A stretch of DNA of 64,000 nucleotides from Octopus vulgaris (Eukaryota). The stretch is taken from contig OX597832.1 in assembly GCA_951406725.2 (NCBI GenBank), positions 31,682,001-31,746,000 of the forward strand, written 5' to 3'. Shown here piece after piece: positions 45,219-60,727 of the stretch (positions are counted from its first letter, which is position 1; the number at the start of each line of letters is the position of its first letter). The notes beneath the pieces are model-generated. The model saw nothing but the letters and a program-made list of their open reading frames with translations, was not told the origin of the DNA and made no database searches. A program made the translations under genes and the position numbers.

Positions 45219-46050
45219 CTATAATGATAATGTTATAGATGGATAAATAAGTAGATAGGTAGATAGATGAATAGATAGATAAATGAATAGAAAGAGAGAG
45301 AGAGATCGAGAGAGCGAGAGAGAGAGAGAGGGAGAGAGAGAGAGAGCGAGAGAGAGAGAGAGGAAGAGAGAGAAGGAAAGCAAGGGAGAGTCGGTGTGTC
45401 TGAAAACGAGTCTGCAAGTGTGTGTGTGAAGTCTGTAAGAGAGAGAAAAACGCAAAGCGTCAGTGTCGTGTCTTGGAAAATTTCTGTGATTCATTAGAAT
45501 TACATTCTCAAAGACACCATTTCACATGAAAGTTATATCAGTGCAAACATTGTGTCCGATGGCATGGTGGAGTTTCCTTTGAGGTTCTCCGTTGCCATGG
45601 TACTCTCGTTTATCAATCTGTCTTGAATTCTTTCAATTTCTTAAGAACATGCTTTTCGCTCGCTTTAGCGAACATTTTTAATAGGAATTATGTTGGTATT
45701 GAATTAATAGCGATATATTCAACGAATAAATAAGAATAAAATTTCACCGCAGAAGACACAATAATTCTTAGCATCTAAATAAATATATATTTTATGTAGG
45801 TTTGTCTGCTTTTTCAGGGTGAAACGACGGCGTTGCGATTCTGCAAATGCGCTGTAGAAAATTGAAAGCTTGCTGCGAAATCTTGTTTTGAAAGGCAGCA
45901 AAATGGAACTCGGAGTAAACAAGTGAAAACTCAGATCTTCTATTACTGTATTTAACTTTACGTTTTGTGAAGCAGTGTTCAGTGCTTCCCTTCATCAGGA
46001 TTTATGCACATGTATGTACACATCCATGCGCACATACATAAAAAAATGCA

Positions 46051-46091
<41 letters not shown>

Positions 46092-46098
46092 TTCTATA

Positions 46099-46132
<34 letters not shown>

Positions 46133-46349
46133 TAAAAAGTGTCAAGGTAGAAGACGCATTTCAGTACCGGTTTCTGCTATTGAAACTTTTTCAATAGTAA
46201 GTATAGAAAACAATTAAATTTTAGAAAAATTAAATGAAAAGTACTTTTAAAGAATATTTGCATAGTATTCAAATACAAGGGGCATTTTCCTTGTTCCTGC
46301 CTGTCTTTGACTCAGTTGTTTACTCTTGTGGTTTCGAGGTCGATATATA

Positions 46350-46511
46350 CATATGTCCTAGTGTATAAGGAAATCCCTAATTTTCGGGGTTTAAAATTTG
46401 GAAAAAAAAAGGTTTTGTAACGAATTATAATTTTATCCATGTATAAGAAACTCCCATATTTTTCAACCTAATTTTTTAACAAGGATTCCTTATACACGTT
46501 AACATACGGTA
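46350..46511. mobile_element. Tc1/mariner-superfamily MITE end
   Basis: Terminus CTTATACACGTTAACATACGG-TA with internal GTGTATAAGG/CCTTATACAC inverted motifs. Confidence 0.4.
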
Positions 46512-46817
46512 TATATAAATTCGTACATAGACATAGACTAATGAAAATAGTTGCCAGACGCAACGAAAATTTTAGGAAAATAAAAATAAGAAATAAGTGG
46601 AAATTTTACCGGTGAGAGTGTCAAATTGCAAAGCACAAAAAGCACAAAAAGTCTCCCCAGACATAACAGAATATACTTCAACACAGGAACTCACATAAAG
46701 AATCTTGCAAACCAAATCCAAAAACGAAATATGTGTATAAATATATGTCCATCAAAAATAAGAAAGAAGGTGGAGATAAGATTAATAAAAGTTTATTAAT
46801 ATATTTACAAGACCAAA

Positions 46818-46929
46818 CCTACAATTGTTTCAATTCATCACTTGTAGCATTGAAATCAACCTAATTTAATTTAATTTAATTTAACAAAATCAAATTGGTT
46901 AATTACTACAAGCGAGAATATCTTCGGGG
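46818..46929 (-). ncRNA. Degenerate hammerhead with very long helix II
   Basis: CC-CCGAAGA-T-ATTC-TCGCTTGTAG...CTACAAGTGA-T-GAAT-T-GAAA-CAATTG-TA-GG; palindromic helix III ACAATTGT, GUA triplet, helix I only 2 bp. Confidence 0.5.
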
Positions 46930-47058
46930 AAGAACCTACAAAGAAATTTATCATATTAAAAAATATAAGAAAAACATAAAAGCAGAAGAATTCGGTGTAG
47001 CATTAAAGTTGCAGACACACCCATGCAAAAATACGAATAATGGTGATATGTAAAAGAA

Positions 47059-47148
<90 letters not shown>

Positions 47149-47167
47149 ATTGTATATATATATATAT

Positions 47168-48485
47168 AAGCATTTTTTCTTCATGATCTCTGACAACTAT
47201 ATCTGGCATATTGGCCTTAATTTCTCTATCTGTGTGTATTGGCATAGCTTCCAGTGTATGTAGGTCCCAACTCTACCGTGTCTGTGAGTATATTCCTTCT
47301 TAGCCAGGACTGGGCAGCTAGAGATAATATGATTTATTGTTTCTTGTCCATCTCCACATATTCCGCAGTTACTTGTTATATTTCCTTTCATTACATGTTT
47401 TTGGTAATTTCTGGTGGGGAGGCTTTGGTCTTGTGCTGCAATTAAAAATCCCTCCGTCTCTGATTTGAGTCCTGAGCTTCTCAACCATTGCTGGGATTTT
47501 TCTTTGTCTATTTCTTTTGCGTTTAGTTTAGTGCAGTATTTACCATGAAGGGGCTTTTCTTGCCATCGTTTTATCATGGTCCGTTGCTTTATCATGGTCC
47601 GTTTTAGTTTGGTTTTCAATTGTTTTATAGCTTTTGCTTCTTCTTCTTCTTCTTCTTCTTCTTCTTCTTCTTCTTCTTCTTCTTCTTCTTCTTCTTCTTC
47701 TTCTTCTTCTTCTTCTTCTTCTTCTTCTTCTTCTTCTTCTTCTTCTTCATATTTGTTCGGTAGTATGATTTCTTGTTTGTATTTGTCAGATTCCTTAAAT
47801 ACTGAGAACAGTTTTTTTTTATTTTGCTCGTGTTTTTGCCGCTATTTGTATAAGATTTCCTTCCTTCTGAAGTAGGTATTTTTGCAGTCTTATGGTAGTT
47901 ATTTTATAATAGTTTTCCAGCAGTATCAGGCCTCTACCACCTTCTATACGTTGTATATATAGCCTTTCTATGTCAGATTTTGGGTGATGCATCCTAGATT
48001 CTGTCATTATTTTTCTTGTTTTCTTGTCTATTTTGGTTGGTTCATTTAGTGTCCAGTCAAGGATATTGTAGTTGTAACTTATAACCGAGACGGCTAAAGT
48101 GTTAATACCTATTATCTTGTTTTTAGCATTGAGCTCTGTTTTTAGTATTGATCTAACTCGTCTATAGTATTCTTTCTTTATTTTCTCTTTCATTTGTGTG
48201 TGTTGTGTCTTATCTAGTTCATGGATTCCTAAATATTTGTATGTTTGGCTTTGGTCTAATTCTCTTATTTCATTGGGCTTATCTAATGTAATGTTACTAC
48301 TCTTAACTGGTTTTACTCTTTTCAGAGTTGCTTTGGCACATTTTTCTAATCCAAATGTCATATCTATTTGTTTGGTAAATCCATGAACTGTCTTTAATAG
48401 TGTTTCCAGCTGTTTATCATTTGCAGCGTATAGTTTTAAGTCATCCATACATAAAAGGCGGATGATTGTCTTGTTTTGCCGTAAC

Positions 48486-48487
<2 letters not shown>
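47168..48487 (-). mobile_element. Dong/R4-like non-LTR retrotransposon fragment (RT C-terminal half, CCHC knuckle, start of REL endonuclease)
   Basis: LLCMDDLKLY, FGLEKCA, YKYLGI, HHPKSDIERLYIQRIEGGRGL, KPLHGKY, ETEGFLIAAQDQSLPT, CGICGDGQETINHIISSC, HRH; frameshifted. Confidence 0.92.
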
Positions 48488-49490
<1,003 letters not shown>

Positions 49491-50087
49491 ACATTTGATA
49501 GTTTCAGGCAAATTTCTACTGCATCACCTGCTTCATCTCCATGTTGTTACTGGGGTGTGTGCCGCGTTGTGTGTGTCTTTTTGTTGTTGTTGTTGTTGGG
49601 TGAGTGCAAACTCTTCCCGGCATTGTATTGCGTTAGTTTGTTTTATTACGGGGTCGGGTTGCGGTCTTTTGTTGTGTTGGAGTTTGTATTGTGTGTTTGG
49701 TGTGTAAGCCACGCAAGGAATACACCAATAACGCATACACATGGATGATGTTGAGGCTGCTGTTCAGATCTCGCATTAAAGGATTTCCAACCGTGCCATC
49801 CCACCTTGTTTACGTTTGTATATGAATGACTCCTTTCTCTGATTGCTATGTCAATTAATTTTATATGTTTTAGTTATTTTAGTCATCGAATTCGCTTAAG
49901 GGTTTAATCGAACAAATAGACGCCAGCGCACACATTCTTTTAAAGCTTTCTATTTATTATATCAATACCTTTGCCGAACCACTAAGTTACAAGAACCGAA
50001 GCAAAACAAAACCAGTTGACAGGCGGCAATGGTGGACAAAAGGAAAAAGGTACAAAGACACACACACACGCACAAACACAAATAAAT

Positions 50088-50132
<45 letters not shown>

Positions 50133-50146
50133 TGCATGTATATATA

Positions 50147-50312
50147 GTTGGAATTTCCAAAATTTAAAAAAAATCAAAACAAAAGACGAAGACGGATGTG
50201 TAAACAACAAACAGATGTATTAGTTTAACGCTCGGGAAATGAGGAAGTCTTTTACGTTTCGAGCCTACGCTCTTCCACAGAAAGGAAAACAGAAATGAAC
50301 AGGGAGAGAAAA
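50147..50312 (-). mobile_element. H1-related hammerhead element, truncated, ending at TA repeats
   Basis: Hammerhead plus about 105-nt tail (TTTCCCGAGCGTTAAACTAATAC...) resembling the H1 tail TTTCCTGAGCGCC..AATAATAC. Confidence 0.7.
50249..50284 (-). ncRNA. Minimal type I hammerhead ribozyme (core variant CTGTGGA)
   Basis: CTTT-CTGTGGA-A-GAGC-GTAG-GCTC-GAAA-CG-TA-AAAG; all helices pair; A6 position is U. Confidence 0.7.
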
Positions 50313-50706
50313 TATAAATATATTTAAATATAAATATGCATACATTTGTGTATGGGTTTGAGTGTGTGTGTGTGTGTCATTGTCTGTACATGTGCGTGCC
50401 TGTGTATATTGAAGCGTCTGGATGGGTGTGAGTGAGCATGCGCATCTAAATCTCCAAGAGGATGCAGGTTTAATCTAGTTTTCATAAATGCCTGATGTTA
50501 GCATTACAGTAACTTTGGTAGAATTAAGAATATATATTCTGCGTTTTACTGACGGTTTGAAAATTACAGGATGACTATCTAAGGAAAGGAATAATAAAGA
50601 TGGAGAAGGAGGGTGCGAAAGAATGAAGAAAGGAAGAGAGAGAGAGAGTTAGACGGAGAGAGAAAGGGAGAGAGAGAGAAGGAGAGGTGGACAGAGGGAT
50701 TGTGAA

Positions 50707-50742
<36 letters not shown>

Positions 50743-50895
50743 TAAGATATCAATAAAAGATAGAAGAGAGATGTATTGGATGGAAATACAATGAGAGAAA
50801 GGGAAAGAAGAGGGTGAAGCACAAACACACATACACACATATATATAGACACATATATGTAAATATATGTATATATATGCACACGCATGTATAGT

Positions 50896-50948
<53 letters not shown>

Positions 50949-51117
50949 CTATATCTAAATATATATATAAACACACATATATATATACATATATATATAC
51001 ATGCATATATGTACACCTATATGTGTGCATGTCAATCTATAAGTGTATATATATATATTCATATATATATATACATGTAAAAATATATGTGTATATGCAC
51101 CTATAGATACATAATAC

Positions 51118-51201
<84 letters not shown>

Positions 51202-51330
51202 ATATATATATATATATATGTGTGTGTATATATTATATACATATATATATACACACATATATATATATATGTATATATACATACAAGCTTACATGCATAC
51301 ATATACACATACATACTCATACAAACACAG

Positions 51331-51377
<47 letters not shown>

Positions 51378-51723
51378 CATATATATACATATATATATAT
51401 ATACACATATATAACAATTAGCTCCAATGCTGCCAATATGGCTGCTGCTTAGAAATATTATACGTAGTGATATTCTATTTAAGCCTATTTGTAAGACGGA
51501 CGCTCTAAAATAACACGGCCAACGAATCATTCACAAGCAGTGAACTCTGCCCTATCATTGCTTCTATAGATATCTATGCGATAACAACAATACATCACTG
51601 TGTTATAAATAGATTCTCAAACTATTACGTTGCTTATTGATTTCTCGGAGAAATGTTTGCGCAGCATTCAAGGCATATCTTCGCCAGTGTAGATTTATGG
51701 GGTATAGATATGTGTTATATATA

Positions 51724-51784
<61 letters not shown>

Positions 51785-51786
51785 AC

Positions 51787-51841
<55 letters not shown>

Positions 51842-51929
51842 CGTGCACACATTCACCTACACAATCACAAGCATGCATGGATACTCATGAAAACGCATAT
51901 CTCTACACAAGTATACATCTATATATATA

Positions 51930-51972
<43 letters not shown>

Positions 51973-52013
51973 GTATATACATACATATGTATATGTATAT
52001 ATATATACATATG

Positions 52014-52075
<62 letters not shown>

Positions 52076-52617
52076 AACGCGTATGAACGCGCGCGAACGC
52101 CCACGCTTGGAAATTTACCGAATATACGGCACTGAGGAACGTTTGCTTGAAAAGAAAGAACCTTACACCAAAATCTGAAAGTAATATTAAAGAAACAAAA
52201 CATAAAAATCAGGGAAGGACTATAGTATTGAAAGGAGAGTGAATTCCGAAATGATGGTGTTGGACAGAGATAGATTCGAGAATCCAGTAGATGACTAATG
52301 ATTAATCGTATCTTAAGAGTTTGAGTGATGAAAGTGGTTTCTGTGGAGAAGGTTGAAGCAGAAACATGAGAAGAGAGTGAGACAGAAAGGAAGGAAGAAG
52401 GACGAAATAAAATGAGGGGAAGACGAAAGCCAGGGAGAAATAAAGAAAAACTAGAAAACAGCGCCAAAGATGGCCTTAAAGCTTTAGGTGTATAGAAGTG
52501 CAGGATTCAGTTCCCTATGGAGATTCTCCGGCTCCTTTTTTCCATCTTCTAAAGGGTATTTATCCGATTCTATAAGCTACCCTTTCATTCTTCCTCCGTT
52601 CGCGAATTGCTATATTT

Positions 52618-52664
<47 letters not shown>

Positions 52665-52665
52665 G

Positions 52666-52704
<39 letters not shown>

Positions 52705-53326
52705 ATGCATATATGAATGTGTGTCTGTGCATACGTACATTCATATTTACCTATCTATATATCGACCTGTTTGTCTATCGATCTATTGACCCATTTATCT
52801 AACCATCCGCGTGCATATCTATTTTTATACCCACTTCCTTATCCACGAATATTACATATATCCTTAAACCTTCAATACTTAGAATAACAAATGTATGTAT
52901 GCACTTATATATAAATATTAGATTGAGAATGATAGCCAGACAGAAAAATAGATAAAGAATGAGAGAGTGGGAGACTATGAATGCAAGAGGCTTAGCAAAC
53001 GACAGAGAAAGATGAAAAATGGAGGCATTGCACGAAAAATAGATGGAAAAGAGTCGCAGGCTGTTTGAGCGAAATATGCCATAAAATAAATATGCCATAA
53101 ACCATAAAACTGTGAAAATAAATGTCGACCGTAAACCTTTTCTGTGTCATAACATCGAACTGAGTTAAGCGTTGGTAACACGTTAAATGTCAACGACCGA
53201 TTTCTCTCTAAAGAATATGGATTTCTCTAAAGAAAGCAACACCACCACAATAGTAACAACAGAATATTATTATTGATATCCTGATCGCCAGTCGTTGAAG
53301 GTAAAAATGTCATTATCATCTCCACA

Positions 53327-53612
53327 CATGGCCTAGTAGTTAGAGCAGCTGACTCGCGGTCGAGGGATCGCTGATTCGAATCTCAGACCAGGCGATATGT
53401 GTGTTTATGAGCGAAACACCTAAGCTCCACGCGGCTCCGGCAGATGGTAATGGCAAACTTCTGCTGACACTTTCACCACAACTTTCTCTCACTCTTTCCT
53501 CCTGCAGCTCGCAGCTCACCTGCGACGGATCGGCGTCCCGTCCAGGTGGGGAACCTATGCGCCAAGGAAACCGGGAAACTGGCCCTTATGAGCCAGGCGT
53601 GGCTTGAGAAGG
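53327..53612 (+). mobile_element. SINE family C with a third tail type
   Basis: ATGGCCTAGTAGTTAGAGCAGCTGACTCGCGGTCG..GATTCGAATCTC..GAGCGAAACACCTAAGCTCCACG. Confidence 0.82.
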
Positions 53613-54134
53613 AATATTATCATCTGGGATTTTCTAGTCAACACCCACAGAACTATCCAGGCTAATTGACCAGACATAGTCATTAAAGACAGAGAAGAAA
53701 ATACTTGTAGACTAATAGATTTAAGAGTCCCCACTGATAAAACTATAGCTGTAAAGGAATTTGACAAATTAAATAAATATAAGGACCTTGAAATTGAAAT
53801 ACAAAAAATGTGACAGCTTAAAATGAGAAGTGTTATCCAGGTTGCCTTAGGTATGATAAGAAAGGGATGTCAAAATCATCTAGATAATATCCGAGAAGAA
53901 CCAAGTCTCAGAGAAATCCAAAAGATTATGCTGACAAGTACTGCCCATATCCCTAGAAAAACCCTATCAATTTAAATGTATGTGATGTATTACGTGAAGA
54001 TATTTTGCTACAGCCCCTGCCACCTCCCCTCCGCAAGCTTTCAGTCATACTGTAACACCTCTTATCCTTCACTCGCCCTGGGACGCTGAGTGTGTCTCGA
54101 CAAGTAATTGTAAAGAACATGTCGATTAAAAGTA
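53613..54134 (+). mobile_element. Second Dong/R4-like subfamily: REL endonuclease remnant plus 3' UTR followed by (AAT)n
   Basis: IIWDFLVNTHRTIQAN*PDIVIKDREENTCRLIDLRVP..KEFDKLNKYKDLEIEIQKM*..IQKIMLTSTAHIPRKTLSI*. Confidence 0.88.
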
Positions 54135-54220
<86 letters not shown>

Positions 54221-55471
54221 GAAGAAGAAGAAGAAGAAGAAAAAGCGACAGCAACATCAGGAGTACCAGTAGCAGCAGCCGAAGCAACAACAACAACAAC
54301 AACAGTGAAACGTTAACGACTAAAAACATGTCTATCACATGAATATCGAAGACTACAAGGTAGATCTATGAAGCCATTTCATTCTTCTTTACCATTGTTA
54401 CTCATCAGGGAAACGGTTTTGTTCTCCACTTCTATTACGAAGAACAACAGGTCACATCTTATCAGATCTTTCAGTTTGGAGACTTCTTCACCGTAATACA
54501 GGAGGAACACAACTCAATGATGCTGATATTATTCCTTGAGATACACGACCTGGAACTGAGGACTACCAAATCTATTGGAGAACAAAGATTTCCGGCTTCG
54601 TGGGGTGAAACTAATCTCGTTTGTTATCGCTTGGAAAAAAAGGAAGAATTGATCGAAACCGTACCTGTAGTTACACTCTCTGCTACAAAAAGCAATCGTG
54701 TTTTCCCCTGAAATCATTGCCTTACTGTGTTTTTATTAAATAGGAAAGATACATTTGATAAGGTAGTTCTAGATTGACTCTATCGGAATAAAAGAGGAGT
54801 TGTGCTGTGACTTTAATCTCTTTGATCATACGTCGGCTCAGTCGCCGTTGATCTGGAGCAAAAATATCATCATCATCAACAACAACAGCAACAAAAATCG
54901 CAACCGCCACCACCACCACCACCACCACCACAAGAACAACAATAACAACAACGACGACATCAACAACAACAACAACAATATAGCAAAAACAGCAGCAATA
55001 ACAAACAGTAATAGGATAGCAAATCACTTCAAAGTCAATAATTCTAGCAGCACTCGATTGCTGTTATGTTGGATGAACTCAACTGGTGGCGATTCCTGGT
55101 TTTGGAATTAGAACAAATGTTTGAGATTTGGGAAATATTAAATGTAGTGAGACATTGATTCAAGTCGGTATTAATGTTCACATAACTATATTGACTCACA
55201 ACATCACACAAAATGTTATGGCGGTGATTTCGTCAGCGCAAACATGGCTAATATACACTGCGATGCGCAAACACAGATACACCCACGTACAGAAAGACAC
55301 ACACACACAGACAGACACACACACACACAGACACACGCGCGCGCATAGATGCACAGGCATTGGCAGACACCAGACGCACACAAAAGAATGTGTACAGATG
55401 CAGACACGTGCGTGCATTCACGTTGCCACACACCAAAGGCGCGCATTTCAGTCAACAGATTTAGACAGAAA

Positions 55472-55558
<87 letters not shown>

Positions 55559-55682
55559 ATCTGTACCGAAGCATATCTACTAATACATAGACATGAAACA
55601 GACACACAAACACACACACGAAACATATAATTATACATATATATATATGAATATATATATATATATTTACAAATATATATAT

Positions 55683-55739
<57 letters not shown>

Positions 55740-56043
55740 CATGCATATATATATCTATATATATTTATATATATTTATATATATATAAATATATATATAT
55801 ATACATATATACACAAGCACATGAAGGCTCAGTAATACACACTTATGGCCATGCAATATCCATATATACATATGTGTGTATGTGTGTATATGCAACGAGC
55901 AATAGGGAGCAGAGAATAGCGGTTCACACAGACAAGGCTTTAAATTATAACATTTTCACCCTCCAACTGACAAACTGAGTGCAGCATTGTTAAATTGCAT
56001 TTAATTTCTGTCATCTGAGTCCAATTTGCTACACAAACCCAAA

Positions 56044-56077
<34 letters not shown>

Positions 56078-56431
56078 TACGCGGCGTCTATGTATATATG
56101 TATGTATATTTATTTATTTCTCTCTCTCTCTCCCTCCATATATATATATTTATGGATATACGCAATGTGTTTTATTAGAAATTTAAAAGTAACGAAATCC
56201 TTAGTACAGATTTTATGTTTCCGAGCTGTAGTCGGAAATCAAGGAAAATAGGAGAATATAAAAGTATAGAGAGACAACCAGAATGCAAGCATCAATCAGA
56301 ATAAAAATCGCACAGAAACTGAATAAAGCTTGTGCAACAATAATAAAAAGAAAGGACCTCCTTGCTTGGCTGTTAAAATATATTTCACTTGAATTATACA
56401 TACATACATTTATTGCTCCATTTCTTTTCTG

Positions 56432-56521
<90 letters not shown>

Positions 56522-56544
56522 TCATATATATGTATATATACATG

Positions 56545-56816
56545 CATATATGGGTACAGGACGTCAATAAAACCATGAACAAAATGAAAAACGAGAACAT
56601 GTAAAAGCAAAAACATGGAAAACGAACTTTTTTTCGGACAACGAAAGAAACAGAGAAACGAGACAGGCAACATAAAGAACAACCCCTTCATCAGTTGTCC
56701 CCTGTTTTATCTACTCTGCGTTTTGAATGTAGGCATAAGACATGACTTCGTTAAAACAGTCCTTCTTGCAAAGCAAATTAAATAAAATTTAGGATTTTTG
56801 CGGAGGGTTAAAGTGG
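56545..56816 (-). mobile_element. Repeat family H5 (three copies in window) with decayed hammerhead-like motifs
   Basis: Homologous to 57501-57790 (-) and 61920-62105 (+); shared terminus GTCCTGTAC(C/T)CATATATGC next to TA repeats. Confidence 0.65.
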
Positions 56817-57166
56817 TTTTTTCTGGTGCATGTGCCTATATAGACGTGTGTATGAACCTTTTCTGCGCGCGCGTCTGCGAGCGTGTATGCGTGTATGTAT
56901 AATTTTTTGGCGAATGTGTGGGTGAGCATGTGAGTGTTTCAAGTGAAGGTGGATGAGTATATACTTATAGGTCCATGCACGTGGGTGTGCGGGCGCGCAT
57001 GTGTAGTTATGGACATGCGGGCTTACGCGAATACTATGAACATTTTTACTCCCTTACCTTTACTCCCTCCCCTCACTTAGCGGTCATTCTAATAGCTCTT
57101 TTGTCTTAATAACGTTCAATCACGCAGTAATTTCCCTTTGTTTAACGGTCATTTTCATAGCATTTT

Positions 57167-57250
57167 TTCGATAGCCGGATAACTGAAGAGATGGCGACGA
57201 GGGTTTACGTCCCAACATCCGAAACTCGGAGTTTTATCATGGCTACCGAA
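57167..57250 (+). ncRNA. Type I hammerhead ribozyme with extended helices I and II (family H4)
   Basis: TTCG.TAGCC.GATAA-CTGAAGA-GATG..GACG..CGTC..CATC-C-GAAA-CTC-G-GAG-TT-TTATC..GGCTA.CGAA. Confidence 0.8.
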
Positions 57251-57340
57251 TAATTGTCACATATTATATTTACAGATAAATTCCTCTATTTACATAATAT
57301 CGAGGTCTCTTTCATTCTTTTGTTGTCTTGCCATTTCTAT

Positions 57341-57405
<65 letters not shown>

Positions 57406-57500
57406 CATATATATATATATATATTAATAAATAAAATAAAACATATGCATATATATAAACATATATATACGTACCTACCTCTACATGTACATATACACGC

Positions 57501-57790
57501 ATATATGAGTACAGGACACCAAAAGAACGTCGAACACAATGAGAAACGAAAACATAGACACAAACCAAAGGAACTGGACATTTTTTTTAAAACAGCAAAA
57601 AAAAAATAGAGTACAGGACAATTAACACAAAGAAAAAAACCCTTCTTCAGTTGCTAAAGGTTTCATCTACTCTACGTTTCGAAGGATAAAAGCGAGACGT
57701 ATCTTCGACAAGAAACTTTCCTTCCTGCGAAAAGCAAATCAATTAAAATTCTGAGATCTTTTCGCAGAGGGGTAAAAAATGGTAACAAAA
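57501..57790 (-). mobile_element. Repeat family H5, second copy
   Basis: Aligns by eye with 56545-56816. Confidence 0.65.
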
Positions 57791-57815
57791 GCAGGACAGT
57801 AACGACAGTACAAAT

Positions 57816-57856
<41 letters not shown>

Positions 57857-58240
57857 AGGAGAGGAGAGAGGGGAAAACAACAGAAGAATATGAGCGAGTA
57901 GGCTGGGAGAGGTGGAGAAGTGAAGGAATATAATAAAGGTAAAGAAAAAGAAGAGGTGGTAAAAGAAAGGAAGGAACATCAGGCCAGACGTGTAAAATCA
58001 AAGACAGGAGAATCGAAAATATGTAACATAACAGTTTTAAAAATACGTAAATGGCGAAAAACAATTGGAGTGAAATATAAATTGTAAAAGAAACGATGAT
58101 AATGATTAAAAAGGAAAAGATAACCGTCACAATTTTGGATGATATTTATCTGTTTGTCTGTATTATGCGTGTCTGTATTATGTATGTGCGTGAATGTAAG
58201 TATATATGTCTGTCTGTCTGCACGTATGCATGCATGTATA

Positions 58241-58366
<126 letters not shown>

Positions 58367-58465
58367 TACACACACACATATACATATGTACATATATATA
58401 AAGGATAGATAAGTATATATAATATATATGTATATATAAATATATATAATATATATATATACATA

Positions 58466-58514
<49 letters not shown>

Positions 58515-58598
58515 ATGCATACACACGTGTGCTTATATGTACAATACAGAGATATGTATGTCTCTTTTTATATATACCACTCCCTATCCCCATTTGGG

Positions 58599-59004
58599 GG
58601 TTGTCTACTCTTTATACAGAGTTTGACCCCCCTCCTGCACCTTAGCACCATCATGGCATCTGATGTGGCTTTTTAAAACAGACAATGTTCAGAAAAGACA
58701 CCCACATAGATTGTACCTCTGATTTGGACCACCAATACCTGTAGATAAGTTCTGCTCTTTATGGATCTTAAAATGTCTTTTGAGGTCTCTGTTGGATTAG
58801 CAAACCTCCTGGCATACACTGCATTCAAATGTGTGCACACACATATAGTCAGAATAGATGAGATTTGAGGCTAGCCAAAGACAGGCATGGTCTGTCACAC
58901 ACTGTGCACACAGAAAGGTCATTGTCATTCACCTCCTCGACCGTTACATTCTTCCTTAGATCTCTTTTGCGTCTTACATGCGTCATACTGGCCTTTTCAA
59001 ATGC
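58599..59004 (-). mobile_element. RTE-like LINE 3' end encoding three decayed C2H2-type zinc fingers
   Basis: AFEK..RRKRDLRK..CTVCDRPCLSLASLKSH; CSVCQEVC*SNRDLKRHFKIH; YNLCGCLF*TLSVLKSHIRCH; short tail GGTCAAACTC..GAGTAGACAACC analogous to 15361-15392. Confidence 0.65.
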
Positions 59005-59128
59005 ATACATACATATATATACATTCATACATCTATCAATCTGTCTTTATATATATACATACACACATATATATGCGTATATATACATATATAGGTATAT
59101 GTATATCCAGCCATCCAGCCATCCACCC

Positions 59129-59224
<96 letters not shown>

Positions 59225-59226
59225 CT

Positions 59227-59291
<65 letters not shown>

Positions 59292-59563
59292 TTAACTTAA
59301 CTTAACTTAACTATATACATATTGATTACTGTAGACGCTGTTAGAGTATGCGTGTATGCATGTTTGTTGAAACACAGGTGTCAGGTATGTGCGTATACAT
59401 ATGCGTATATAGATAAATACGCATTACATAAGCAAGACCAACCGTCTTAACCAAATAATCACCAAGAAACTGTGCCGTCATTACAAAGAACAAACGCCAT
59501 GTTTGTGACTCCCTGGTGGGTGAGAATGGAAACCTAATCAGCAGATAACGAGTATATGAGGTG

Positions 59564-59606
<43 letters not shown>

Positions 59607-59792
59607 AGCAATGTAGTGGGTGGGTGGTGTGGAGAGTAAGGAATGAAGAGGAAGGAGTGACAAAGCGTTAACTGCAACCTACAAGATCACAAGAACTTAA
59701 TTATTTGTATGGAGTCAACATTCACACATCAAACACGCCCATATACACCCACTTGTACACAATAATGCATATGTATGTATGTATGTATGTAC

Positions 59793-59849
<57 letters not shown>

Positions 59850-59857
59850 ATTCTATG

Positions 59858-59925
<68 letters not shown>

Positions 59926-60592
59926 TATATGTGTGCGTTTGTGAAAGAGAGAAAGTACATGTTCTCAAAGAAGTTTATATACATATAAAGAAAATTTGTA
60001 TACTCACGCTGATACAAACACACATATGTATATTTATATATATATATGTGTATAAATACATATATATGTATATATATATATACACATGTATATGTATTTG
60101 TACACACCAACACTTGTGTATATAAACAGACATAAGCACATGCATATGTGTACATACATAGCCGTGTGTGCTTGCGTTTGCGTGTGCGTACGTGAGTGTA
60201 CGCGTGCGTCACAGCGTGTAGCTTCCGTGCACGTGTTTGTTTGTGTCCGCATGTGCGTGCGCATGTGTGGGTATGCAATGGCGCTGGCTATAATTTAATA
60301 TTACATGGAGGGGAAAATAGATTGAAGCGTATAAAATATTTATTGTTGTTTGTCAAATCTGCTGTGTTGGAATCCTTACATCATGGCTTTTCAATTTAAT
60401 TTGGGATTTGGACTGCATTTTATTACATTCCATCATACAGGCATACACATATTTTCATATACTTACATATAAGTATATACATAACTATGCATGTATATAT
60501 ATATATATATACACATATGTATACATGTATATATATGTATATATTTGCACATGTATCACACATATATATATGTAACATTTTTAACACCCTCT

Positions 60593-60702
<110 letters not shown>

Positions 60703-60727
60703 ATCTATCTGTCTGTCTATCTATCTT

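Noticed and set aside
46160-46200. Hairpin followed by GAAA-CCGG-TA on the minus strand
   Set aside because: Looks like a hammerhead 3' half but no CUGANGA core is found upstream
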